Of a stretch of 64,000 nucleotides of DNA, positions 30,263 through 41,428 are shown in pieces. This DNA is from an uncultured Acidobacteriota bacterium. GTDB taxonomy: Bacteria > Acidobacteriota > Thermoanaerobaculia > UBA5066 > Gp7-AA6. The stretch spans positions 41,219 to 105,218 of the forward strand of contig CAWERV010000011.1 of the NCBI GenBank assembly GCA_963811425.1. Direction: 5' to 3'. The notes under the pieces were generated by a model, which worked only from the letters and a program-made list of their open reading frames with translations, ran no database searches and was not told the origin of the DNA. Position 1 is the first letter of the stretch. The number at the start of each line of letters is the position of its first letter. Made by a program: the position numbers and the translations under genes.

Positions 30263-30900
30263 CACGCTTCCCCTCCCCTCGGAACGTATCTCCGCGGCCT
30301 TGACCCGGGCGAGCGCCCGTTCGAGGCGCTTGCGCGCGGTCCGCAGCCGCCAGTAGGCGGTGTTGAGGTTGATGCCCAGCGCCTCCGCCGCCTGCGGCAC
30401 CGAGAGCTGCTCGACGTCGACCAGCACCAGCAGCGCGCGCTTGTCGTCGTCCAGCGAATCGAGCAGCCGGTCGAGCAGCGCGACGGCCTCGCGCCGCGCG
30501 ACCAGATCGGCGGGACCGGCGTCGGTGGAGGGCACCGACGAGACCGCGTCGCCGCTGCCGGGCACGAACCAGATCGCCGCGGCGCTTGAGCGCGCGGCGG
30601 TGGTTGCGCGCCACCCGCAGCAGGATGCCGAACAGCCAGGTCTCGACCGAGGACCAGCTGCGCGTCGAACGAGTCCCAGCGGCGGTGCACGACCAGGAAC
30701 ACGTCCTGCGCGGCGTCCTCGACGATCACGTCCGGGACGCCGAGGCGGCGCAGGTTGCGCCAGACGAACGAGAAGTGCGTGTCATAAAGGCGACGCGGCG
30801 GTGAGCGGCGCGGGCGTGGCTCGGGCGCGGCGAGCGGCACGAAGCCCTCCGGGCGTCGAGCCGACTGGAACCGCCGACCTAGGCCGACTGCCGGCGCCAT
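30259..30900 (-). CDS. ECF-type RNA polymerase sigma-70 factor
   Basis: Region 2: DVIVEDAAQDVFLVVHRRWDSF. Also reads WLFGILLRVARNHRR. Region 4: ALLVLVDVEQLSVPQAAEALGINLNTAYWRLRTARKRL. Confidence 0.8.
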
Positions 30901-30936
30901 CGGTCGGTGTATGGCCGGTGCGACTTTCGCCCATGG

Positions 30937-31993
<1,057 letters not shown>

Positions 31994-32070
31994 GGAGATG
32001 GCCGCTGTCTTCGCCGGAGCGAACCTGAGTAGGATCGAAAGTGGACGGCATCGGCCGACGCCGTCGAAGG

Positions 32071-34293
32071 TGCTGGTGCCCCTCTACGCGGCGACGATGT
32101 TCCTGGGCGCGATGCTGCTGTTCGTGCTCGAACCGCTCGTCGGCCAAGGCGCTCCTGCCGGTGCTCGGGCGGCGGGGCGGCGGTCTGGATCACGGCGGTG
32201 GCGTTCTTCCAGGTGGCGCTCCTCGCCGGATACCTCTACGCCCACCTCGGCCCGGCCTGGCTCGGGACCCGGCGGCACGCGTTCCTTCACGTCGGGCTCT
32301 GCGCGCTGGTGGGGCTGCTGCTTCCCGCTCGGCCGCCGACGGGCTGGGTGCGCGCCGGCGCAGCACCAGGCCGCTCTGGCTGTTCGGCCGGCTGGCGCTC
32401 TCGGTCGGGCCCGACGTTCGTGCTGCTGGCGGCGACGGCGCCGCTCGTGCAGCGCTGGCTGGCGGCGACCGAATCACCGTCACGCGGGCGATCCCTACTT
32501 CCTCTACGCGGCGAGCAACGCGGGCAGCATGCTCGCGCTGCTCGCCTACCCGGTGCTGCTGGAGCCGCTCTTCGGCCTCGAGCGGCAGCGACTAGCTCGT
32601 GGAACGGGCGCGCTCGTCGGCGCCATCGTGCTGCTCGCCGCCTGCGCGGTCGTGGGCGGCGCGTCACGCCCGCGCCGCGGCGCCGGCGGCCGCGCCGGCG
32701 AGCCCCGGGCCGCGCTCGGCGGCTCCGTCACCTGGCGCATGCGCGGGCGCTGGCTGGCGCTCGCGGCGGTCCCGTCGAGCCTGCTGCTGTCGCTCACGAC
32801 CTACGTCACCACCGACCTCATGGCGATGCCGCTGCTGTGGGTCGTCCCGCTCGCCCTCTACCTGCTCACCTTCATCATCGCGTTCGGCCGCCGACGCGCC
32901 TTCGGCGCGCCGGGTGGCCCGGGTGCAACCGTTCTTGCTCTTGCCGCTCGCGGCCGAGATGTTCCTGGGCGCCACCGGCGCGGTCTGGCAGCTCATGCCC
33001 GTTCACGCGCTCGCCTTCTTCGTGACGGCGCTCGGCTGTCACCAGGAGCTGGCGGAGAGCCGGCCGTCCGGCGAGCAGTCGACCGAGTTCTATCTCTGGA
33101 TCGCCGCGGGGGCGCGGTGGGCGGCCTCTTCAACGTGTTCGCGGCGCCGGTGCTGTTCAAGGGCGTGGCCGAGTACCCGCTCGGCCTGATCGCGGCGGCG
33201 CTGTTGCGGCCGGCGCTGGCGACGAGCGGTGGCGCGGATAGCGACCGGCGGGCGCGCCTGCTCGACGTGGCTGTGCCGGTGGCGCTCGGCGCGGCGCTGT
33301 TCGGCGGCTCGCTCGCCGTCCACCGGCTCGGCGCGAGGCTGGGCGACACCGTCGTCTTCGTCGGGCTGGCGCGTCCTGCTGCTCGTCGCGGGCGTCGTCG
33401 GCTACGCGACCCGCGAGCGCCCGCTGCGCTTCGGGCTCGCGCTCGGGGCGATCATGGCGGCGGGGGCCTTCCACGCTGCGGCTCGAGCGACGCCGTTCTC
33501 TTCCAGACGCGCAGCTTCTACGCCGTGCACCGGGTCCTGCAGGAGCCGCCGGCGACGCGAGTCCTCGTTCACGGCAACACGCTGCACGGGGTCCAGGACC
33601 TGACGCCCGAGCGGCGGCGGCGTGCCGCATGGCCTACTTTCATCCGCTACGGGGCCGATCGGCGGGGTGATGGCGGCGTTCGCGGGGTGGCCGCAGAAGA
33701 AGCGGGTCGGCGTGGCCGGGCTCGGCGTCGGGACGCTGGCCGCCTACGTCTCGCCGGGCGAGCACTGGACCTTCTTCGAGATCGATCCGGCCGTGCTCGA
33801 CATCGCCCGCGATCGAAAGATCTTCACCTACGTGAGCGACGCCCAGGGAGACGTCGACCACGTGCTCGGGGACGCGCGCCTGCAGCTCGCCGCGATGCCC
33901 GATGCCAGCTTCGGTATGTTGATCCTCGACGCGTTCAGCTCCGACGGGGTGCCGGCGCACCTGCTCACCCGCGAGGCGCTCGAGCTCTACCTCCGCAAGC
34001 TCGCCCCACGCGGCCTGCTCGCGTTCCAGCTGTCGAACCGGTACCTCGACCTCGAGCCGGTCGTCGCCGGGAGCGCCGCCGCGCTCGGCCTGACCGCGCT
34101 CGCGCGCTGCGATCACGCGACCGACGAAGACCACAAGATCGGCAAGGCGTCGTCGTGCTGGGTGATCGTGGCGCGCGCGCCCGTGGACCTGGCGCCGGTC
34201 GCGCGCGACGCCCGCTGGCAACCGGCCCGGATGGGTCGCGGCTGGACGGACGACTCGTCGAACCTCTGGCGCGCGTTCCGGCTCGCGCACTAG
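32071..34293 (+). CDS. Fused multi-TM / spermidine-synthase-like (SpeE fold) protein
   Basis: TM half: LYAATMFLGAMLLFVLEPLVG, DPYFLYAASNAGSMLALLAYPVLLEP and LMAMPLLWVVPLALYLLTFIIAFG. C-terminal half: RVGVAGLGVGTLAAY, FEIDPAVLDIARD and MLILDAFSSDGVPAHLLT. The start is uncertain (31998 or about 32071). Confidence 0.75.
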
Positions 34294-36162
34294 CTGGGGG
34301 ATTGGTCAGGGCGCGGTCTGGCGATGGCCCGGTAGGCGTCGCGCAGGACGGAGAACGCCTGCTTCTTCGTGCCGTCGTTCGCGACCAGGCCCTTGCGGTT
34401 CCAGCCGTCCTGGATGCCGGGCAGCGGCCGGCGCGGCGAGCGGAAGTCGACCAGGATCCAGGGCGCGAGGCCCCGGCAGCGCCGGGATCTTCTTCGAGCA
34501 TCGCGAGCTGGTGCCGGTAGAGGCCGGCCTGGTACTCCTCGGTGAAGCGGGTGAGCGCGTCGCCGTGCAGGCCGGCCTTCGCGTCGGCGCCGAACTCGCT
34601 GACGACGATCGGCTTGTCGTAGGCGGAGCGCCAGGACAGCGTGTCGCACTTGGCGGGCAGTCCGTCGTACCAGCCGACGTACTCGTTGAGGCCGAGCACG
34701 TCGAGCGCCGCGCCGAGCGGGTCGTCGAGGAGCACGGTGCGTCGCGTCGACGTAGTGGTGCTCGAGCGCCGCGGTCACGAGGCGGGTCGGATCGGCGGCG
34801 TGCGCGTCGTCGACGAGCGCGCGCAGGAATCGATTGCGCGCGTCGGAGACCGGCGTCTCGTTGCCGACCGACCAGAGGATCACGGAGGCGCGGTTGTCGT
34901 CGCGCGCGATCTCCTCGGCGAGCTGGCGCCGCGCCGCCGCGAGCGTGTCGGGGTTCGACCAGGCGATGGTCCAGTAGACGGGGATCTCGGACCAGACCAG
35001 CAGGCCCATCCGGTCCGCGGCGCGCGTCATCTCCTCGCCGTGCGGGTAGTGGGCGAGGCGGACGAAGTTGCAGCCGAGCTCCTTGGCGAGCGCCCAGCAG
35101 CGCCTCCGCGTCGGCGCGGGAGGTGCGCGCGCCCGCCGCGCCCGAGCGCCTCCTCGTGCAGGGAGATGCCGCGCAGGAAGATCGGCCGGCCGTTGAGCAG
35201 GATGTCCGTGCCCCGGGTCGCGATGGTGCGGAAGCCGATCCGGTCGCGCACCCGATCCTCGCCCGCGCGGACGATCGACGTCGTAGAGCTTCGGCGACTC
35301 GGGCGACCAGAGGGCGAGCTTCGCGGGGAACGAGAACGCGGCCCTGCCGCCCGCGTCGGTGGTGACCGTCTGGACGCACGTGCGCCTCCGGGATCTCGAC
35401 GGTGACCGGCGTCGGCCGCGCGCGCGCCGTCCAGCGTCACGAAGCCGCGCACGAGGCCGGCGTCGCCCCGCGCGAGCTGGACCGTCGCCTCGGCGCACGA
35501 ACACGCGCCGGCGTCTCGACCAGGCGCACGCCGCGCGTCAGCCCGCCGTAGTTCCACCAGTCGGTGTTCATCGCGGGGAGCGCGTCGGCGCGGCGGCGTG
35601 TTGTCGACCTTGACGACGAGCGAGTTGCCGCGGGCGCGCAGCCGCCCGGTCACCTCGAACGCAAACGGCGTGAAGCCGCCGTCGTGCTCGCCGAGGCGAC
35701 TGGCCGTTGAGCCAGACCGTCGCGCGCGTCGGCCGCCGCGCCGAACTGGAGGAAGACGCGGCCCGCCGGGCCGCGGGCGTGTGCGTCGAACGTCCGCTGG
35801 TACCAGACCGTCCCCTCGTAGTAGAGCAGCTCCGGCCGCTGCGTGTTCCAGTCGCCCGGGACCTCGAGCGTCGGCGAGCGCGAGAAGTCGTACTCGACGA
35901 GGTCGGACCGGTCCTTCGGCTTTCGCGTCGTCGAAGTAGCCGTGCGGCGCGCGGCTGGTTGCGGTAGTCGAGCGACGCCGTTGTCGTAGGGGTCGACGAT
36001 GACGTGCCAGCGACCGTCGAGGCTCTGCCCGGCGCGGCCGTCGACGAACGCGAGCGCGGACGGCGACTCGGCCGCCCGCGCGGGTGCGCCGCGCGCGGTG
36101 GTGAAGACGGCCAAGACGACGGCCCAGACGGAGCTGGCCAAGGGCGCGCCTGGGCGGAGCAT
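34290..36162 (-). CDS. Glycoside hydrolase family 2 (beta-glucuronidase/galactosidase-like), secreted
   Basis: Signal peptide MLRPGAPLASSVWAVVLAVFTTARG. Reads YYEGTVWYQRTF, NGRPIFLRGISLHEE, GCNFVRLAHYPH, VWSEIPVYW, ILWSVGNE and WILVDFRSP. Confidence 0.8.
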
Positions 36163-36205
36163 CGATCGCGACTCTACTGCGATCGGCGGAACGGCGCTTC
36201 GGGGA

Positions 36206-36352
36206 TCAGCCGTTCAGGATCGAGCAGAACACGGCGAACATCACCGTGACGACGACCCCGGCCGCGATGGCGGACAGGAGCTCGAGCGTCCGGCGAGTCC
36301 GGGCCCTGTTCCAGGCGATGACGTCGGGGGATTCAGGTGGGCTTTCGTTCAC
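36206..36352 (-). CDS. Possible 48-aa single-TM peptide (below the ORF-track cutoff)
   Basis: Open frame from GTG to TGA, reading ...TLELLSAIAAGVVVTVMFAVFCSILNG. There is no clear SD, so support is weak. Confidence 0.2.
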   Translation of the reverse strand: MNESPPESPDVIAWNRARTRRTLELLSAIAAGVVVTVMFAVFCSILNG

Positions 36353-36509
36353 AGCAAGAGGAGTTTCGGCAGCTCCGGCCCGAACCTTGAATCCGCCTCC
36401 CCGGCGTCGGCGGCCCGCCCGGGTCGAGTTTTGCGAGGGGTCGCCCTCGAAACTTCCTCATGGTCGAGGGAGTGGCAAGGACCCACGATTCATGGCTGTA
36501 TAGGCCCCC

Positions 36510-37656
36510 ATGAGCGCTCCACACCTCGACCTCGCCGCGGGCAATCCGGTCCGCGGCACGGCTTCGGGGGGAGGCCTGCTGAAATTCGCCGGCGACACGG
36601 GATTCCAGGCGGAGGTCAAGCGCCGTGTCGCGGAGTACTTCGCGCGAACCGGCCTGTCGCCCGCACGGCAGCCCGCGCATGTACGCGAAGACCGCGGCGA
36701 TCGCGCTCTGGTTCGCCGCCTCGTACGTGTTGCTGGTCTTCGCGGCGACCACCTGGTGGCAGGCGCTGCTGCTGTCGGGCTCGCTGGCGTTCGCGATGGC
36801 GGGTATCGGCTTCGCCGTCCAGCACGACGCCAACCACGGCGCCTACTCGAGCCACCGCGTCGTCAACCGCCTGATGGGGATGTCGCTCGACTTCGTGGGC
36901 GCGAGCTCGTACCTCTGGCACTGGCAGCACAACATCTTTCATCACACCTACACGAACCTCGACGGCGCCGACGACGACATCAACTTCCTCCCGTTCGCCC
37001 GGCTCTCCCCGGCGCAGCCGCACTACCGCATGCACCGCTTCCAGCAGTTCTACCTGTGGGGGCTCTACGGGTTCCTGGGGCCGAAGTGGCACTTCATCGA
37101 CGACTTCAAGAACGTCGCGCAGGGCCCGGATCGCCCGCAACCGGTTCCCGCGGCCCCGCGGCCTGCGTCTCGTCGAGGCCGTCGGCGGAAAGCTGCTGTT
37201 CTTCGGCTGGGCGTTCGCGATCCCGATGCTGTTCCATCGCTGGTGGGTCGTGCTGCTCTTCTACGCGGTGACCTCGCTTCACGCTCGGCATCATCCTGGC
37301 CGTGGTGTTCCAGCTCGCCCACTGCGTCGAGGAGGCGGACTTTCCCGCAGCTGCCGCCGGGGACGCGTTCAGGTCGCCGACGCCGTGGGCCGTGCACCAG
37401 GTCAAGACCACGGTCGACTTCGCGCGGAGCAATCGGCTGCTGACCTGGTACCTCGGCGGGCTCAACTTCCAGATCGAGCATCACCTGTTTCCCGAAGATC
37501 TGCCACGTCCACTACCCGCGCATCGCGGGCATCGTGCAGGCGGTGTGCGCCGAGTTCGGCGTTCGCTACACCGCCCACGACGGGCTCTTCGGCGCCGTCT
37601 CCTCCCACTGGCGCTGGCTTCGCCGCATGGGCCGACAACCGATCCTCGCGAGCTGA
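36510..37656 (+). CDS. Membrane fatty-acid desaturase, QxxHH (front-end-like) type
   Basis: His boxes HDANHGAY, WHWQHNIFHHTYTN and QIEHHLFP. TM segments AIALWFAASYVLLVF and LLLSGSLAFAMAGIGF. Several frame breaks. Confidence 0.85.
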
Positions 37657-37750
37657 GGCAGGCGGATCGCCTCGCCGAACTCGCTTTTGCGGGGGACAAT
37701 TAACGCATAGATGGTTCCTTTCACCTTCGAGCCCAGCTCATCCGGAGAGG

Positions 37751-37927
37751 GTGACACCCCTGCTCACGGACGACGAGCGCGTCGACCAGGCGAGCCTCGG
37801 GTCCTTCCCCGCGAGCGATTCTCCGCCCTGGACGTCGGGACGCGAGGGATACGCCGCTGCCGATTCGGAGGATCCCGACGGCGGTCAGGTGTTCGAGCGC
37901 GCCCGCCGCCGCCGGCACATCGACTGA
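37751..37927 (+). CDS. Small protein with an SFPASD-PPW motif
   Basis: GTG lies directly after GGAGAGG. Reads LTDDERVDQASLGSFPASDSPPWTSG. The start is uncertain. Confidence 0.4.
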   Translation: MTPLLTDDERVDQASLGSFPASDSPPWTSGREGYAAADSEDPDGGQVFERARRRRHID

Positions 37928-38030
37928 CGCACCACCCAGGCGGCCGCCGCGTTCCGACGCCTGCGCGGAGCCGGAGCCGAACGGTCGCGTGAGCGCCGGA
38001 ATCGATCCCTGCCCTCGACAGAAACGAGCC

Positions 38031-39316
38031 ATGCTAGGGGCCATGACAGGCGAACACGCCTATCCACCGGACCTCGCCCGATACGTCGAGGAGCACTGGC
38101 CGTCGGGAAGGACGCTGCGGGTGCCGCCGGAGCTTCTCTGCGAGGCGCTCTCGGTGGCGTTCCAGGCGTCGCTGACGTCGGAGGAAGCGCGGCCGACCCG
38201 CTTTCGCCTCCTGCTCACGCCCGCCGATCAACTGCCCGAAGACGGGAGCGCCCAACCAGGGCGTCCTGCGCTTGCGATTCGATCGCAGTCGCCCCCTCAC
38301 CCCGGACGAGCTGCGCCGCCTGAGTCCGTCGGCGCCGTTCGAGACGTCGCTGATCGGCGCTCACGCGGAGGCGGGGCAAGCTGCGCATCTGGGGCATCGC
38401 CCATTCCGGACCGGCGTGGCTCGCGCCCACCTGGGGCGGGCGCAGCCTGGTCCCCAACTGGACCTACGATCCGATCATCCACGTGACGGCGCCGGGGCAG
38501 CTCGCGGTGCGCTGCGCCGGCAAGCTGGTGGGCGCGCTCGAGCGCGGTCTGCTGGTCGACGCGATGATGGACGTGTTCGACTCCGAGTGGCTTCCGGCGC
38601 TGTTCGCGCGCGAGCGCGAGCAGGTTCGCGCCGAGCACGCGGCGCTGCAGGCCCAGACCTCGTCGCCGACGCTGGTCGACCATTCGCTCGTGGGGCGCGT
38701 CGGCCAGCACATGCTCCGGCGCGCCATCCAGCTCGTTCGCGGGGCGCGCCACGGCGGCATGATCCTGGTGGTGGACGTCGGCGTCCGGCGGGCCGCCCGC
38801 TTCCGAACGGCCTCGGCGGCCTGCGGCTCAAGTATCGCTTCGACCAGGACGAGCCCTCACGTCGCTACCGGACGTTGCTGCTCCAGATCCTCGAACGCGT
38901 CGCCGCCGCCACGTCGAAGGCGTCGGTCGGGTGGGCGGACTTCGCGCTGGACGCCAGCCCGAGCCTGGAGAAGCTCGAGCAGTCGGTGTTCGAGTTGAGC
39001 CGCCTCATCGCCAACCTCGCGGCCATCGACGGCGCGGTGGTCCTCGACAAGCGGTTCGGGCTGCTCGGGCTTCGGCGCCGAGGTGTCGGCCGAGCTTCCC
39101 GCGCCCTCACGGGTCTGGCGCGCCCTCGACACCGAGGGACGGCAGCGCGAGCCCGACGACATCGAGAACGTGGGCACCCGCCATCGCGCCGCCTATCGCT
39201 TCGTCCACGATCACCCCGCGGGCCTCGCGATCGTCATCTCCCACGACGGCGGCGTGTCCTTCGTCGCCAACCGCGAACGAGAGGTCGTGTTCTGGGAACA
39301 GTCGGTGAGCCCGTGA
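38031..39316 (+). CDS. DAC (DisA_N-like, diadenylate-cyclase-type) domain protein with an uncharacterised N-terminal region
   Basis: The C-terminal third reads NLAAIDGAVVLDKRFGLLGFGAEV and ENVGTRHRAAYRFVHDHPAGLAIVISHDGGVSFV (DGA and RHR motifs). I did not recognise the roughly 270-aa N-terminal region. Four frame breaks. Confidence 0.7.
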
Positions 39317-40350
39317 GCGCACCGGCGTTTGCCCGAACGCTTTCTGCGTCGATGACGCTGGCGATGGCTTGCTCGTTGCCTCCCGGGACGAGAGCGCCGG
39401 AGCTCGACGCGGCAGTTGAACCCGGAGACGCCGCGGACGCCGGCTTCGCCTGGAGCGCCGCCGCGCCGTGCCCGCTCGCCCGCTTCGAGGCGAACGGCGC
39501 GCTCGTCGACGGCGAGCTGTGGGTGATGGGGGGATTCACGTCCGCGACCTTGCTGGTGACGCGCAGGGTGGACCGCTACGATCCCGTGGCCGACAGCTGG
39601 CGGTCCGGGCCCGAGCTGCCCGGGGCCGAGACGCACATCGGCGTCGTGACGGTGGGGAGCGACGTCGTCGTGTTCGGCGGCTTCGAGGGGATGTTCTCCC
39701 CGGCCCGGCCGCCGACGGTCCCGTTCGTCTGGCGGTGGAGCGCCGCGGACGCGCAGTGGAACGCGGGACCACCCTTCCCCACCGCGCGGGCGGCCTTCGC
39801 CTGGGCGCTGCTCGGGACCGAGCTGCACGTCGCCGGGGGGCTCGGGACGGACGGGAACACGGACACGGATGCGCATCTCGTCTGGGACCTGGCGGGCGCC
39901 GTCGCGTGGACCAGCGCCGCGCCCCTGCCCAACCCGCGCAACCACGGCGGCGGTGCGGCGAGCGGCGGGCTGTTCTACGCCGTCGCGGGTCGTCACAGCT
40001 GGAACGAGTCTTCGGGCGACCAGGGGGACGTCAGCGCGTACGATCCCGCGACCGACGCCTGGACCGCGCGCGCGCCCATCCCCGTCGCGCGCTCCGAGAT
40101 CGGCGGCTCGACGTCCACGATGCCCGACGGCCGGATCCTGGTGGTGGGCGGCTCGGTCGCAACCGTGAAGCCGAGCGCGGACGTGCTCATCTACGATCCG
40201 ACCGCCGACGCCTGGTCGAGCCTTCCGCCCCTGCCCGAGCCGCGCAAGGGCGCGGTCGCCGCCCGCATCGGCCGGCGCATCGTCGTCACCACCGGATCCC
40301 CGACGTCGGTCGCACCCTCCGACACGACCTGGGTCGGTTGCTGCCTGTGA
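39313..40350 (+). CDS. Kelch-repeat beta-propeller lipoprotein
   Basis: The GTG start at 39313 overlaps the upstream TGA (GTGA). Lipobox TLAMAC. Blade motifs ELWVMGG, VVVFGG, ELHVAGG, LFYAVAG, RILVVGG and RIVVTTG. Intact frame. Confidence 0.85.
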   Translation: MSAPAFARTLSASMTLAMACSLPPGTRAPELDAAVEPGDAADAGFAWSAAAPCPLARFEANGALVDGELWVMGGFTSATLLVTRRVDRYDPVADSWRSGPELPGAETHIGVVTVGSDVVVFGGFEGMFSPARPPTVPFVWRWSAADAQWNAGPPFPTARAAFAWALLGTELHVAGGLGTDGNTDTDAHLVWDLAGAVAWTSAAPLPNPRNHGGGAASGGLFYAVAGRHSWNESSGDQGDVSAYDPATDAWTARAPIPVARSEIGGSTSTMPDGRILVVGGSVATVKPSADVLIYDPTADAWSSLPPLPEPRKGAVAARIGRRIVVTTGSPTSVAPSDTTWVGCCL

Positions 40351-40365
40351 AGCCTCCGAGGCGCT

Positions 40366-40396
40366 GCTTCGCGGGCTGACCAGGTTCGCCCGAAGC
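40366..40396 (+). terminator. GC-rich hairpin after the Kelch gene (weak terminator candidate)
   Basis: gcttcgcgggc (40366-40376) pairs with gcccgaagc (40388-40396) with one bulge. There is no T tract. Confidence 0.25.
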
Positions 40397-40492
40397 GCGC
40401 GGCGCTGGGGCAATGCCTGCAATCGCTCTCTCGGGCCTCGCGGGCTCTGGTCGCAGTCGGGGGCATGCACAGGTTGTCCATCGGGAAGGTGG

Positions 40493-41413
40493 ATGGAAGA
40501 GGTCGGGGATCCGCTGACACGCCTGCTCGTGAGGCTCCACCTTCGGAGGCGCCGGCTGGAAGAGGGCGGGGGCGCGACGCGCGGGGCGGACCGGCGTCTC
40601 CCGGCCGCGCGCCCTGCGGCGCTCGAGGTGTTGGAGCTCGTGCTGCGCATCGCAACCGCGCCGCTGGCGTACTTCGGCGAGCGGGCGCTGCTGCTCATTC
40701 GGGCGGCCACGAGCGTCCTCGAGAGGCCGTTCCGGGGCGGCCTCGTCCTTCGTCAAATGCAGTTCGTGGGGGTGGAATCGCTGCCGATCGTGATGCTCGT
40801 CGGGCTGTTCTCGGGGGCCGTCGCGGCCGAGTCGTCGATCTCCGCGCTCTCGCTCTTCCGGCAGGAGGCCGTCGTCGGCGGGCTCGTGGGCGTCTCCCTC
40901 GCGCGGGAGCTGAGCCCGGTCTTCGCCGCGCTCATGCTCTCGTCGCGCGCGGGCTCGGGCATGGCGGCCGAGCTCGGCTCGATGCGGCTCTCCGAGCAGG
41001 TCGACGCCCTGGTCAGCTTCGGCGTCAACCCGGTCCAGTATCTCGTGCTGCCGCGGATCCTGGCGAGCGCGATCATGACGCCGCTCCTCACCATGGTCTT
41101 CAACGTGCTCGGCCTCTTCGGCGCCTACGTGGTCGCGATCTACCTGAAGAACGTCGACCCGGGAGCGGTGCTGAGCTCGTTCAAGTTCTATACCGACCCC
41201 CTCGACTACTGGATCGGGATCATCAAGGCGGTGGTCTTCGGCGTCTCCTTCTCGCTCGTCGCTTGCTACCGGGGTCTCAACGTCCGCGGCGGCGCCCGCG
41301 AGCTCGGCCGCGCGACGACGCAAGCCGTGGTCGAGGGCGCCGTGAGCGTCCTGGTGCTCGACTACTTCCTGACCGACCTCATGCTCGTCGTGTGGCCGCC
41401 TCACCGCGGGTGA
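40493..41413 (+). CDS. mlaE: MlaE/YrbE-family ABC transporter permease
   Basis: Reads FVGVESLPIVMLVGLFSGAVAA and ARELSPVFAALMLSSRAGSGMAAELGSMRLSEQVDAL. Intact 306-aa ORF. Confidence 0.85.
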   Translation: MEEVGDPLTRLLVRLHLRRRRLEEGGGATRGADRRLPAARPAALEVLELVLRIATAPLAYFGERALLLIRAATSVLERPFRGGLVLRQMQFVGVESLPIVMLVGLFSGAVAAESSISALSLFRQEAVVGGLVGVSLARELSPVFAALMLSSRAGSGMAAELGSMRLSEQVDALVSFGVNPVQYLVLPRILASAIMTPLLTMVFNVLGLFGAYVVAIYLKNVDPGAVLSSFKFYTDPLDYWIGIIKAVVFGVSFSLVACYRGLNVRGGARELGRATTQAVVEGAVSVLVLDYFLTDLMLVVWPPHRG

Positions 41414-41428
41414 ACGGCCGCCCCGGAC

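Noticed and set aside
34290-34293. Convergent stop codons sharing a CTAG (SpeE-like TAG and GH2 TAG on opposite strands) as a meaningful overlap.
   Set aside because: The GH2 stop depends on which frame is correct at its 3' end. The palindromic tetranucleotide makes the coincidence trivial.
36246-36503. An 85-aa plus-strand ORF in the GH2/desaturase intergenic region.
   Set aside because: It has no SD, no motif and a biased composition. It overlaps a slightly more plausible minus-strand 48-aa TM peptide, which I list only at low confidence.
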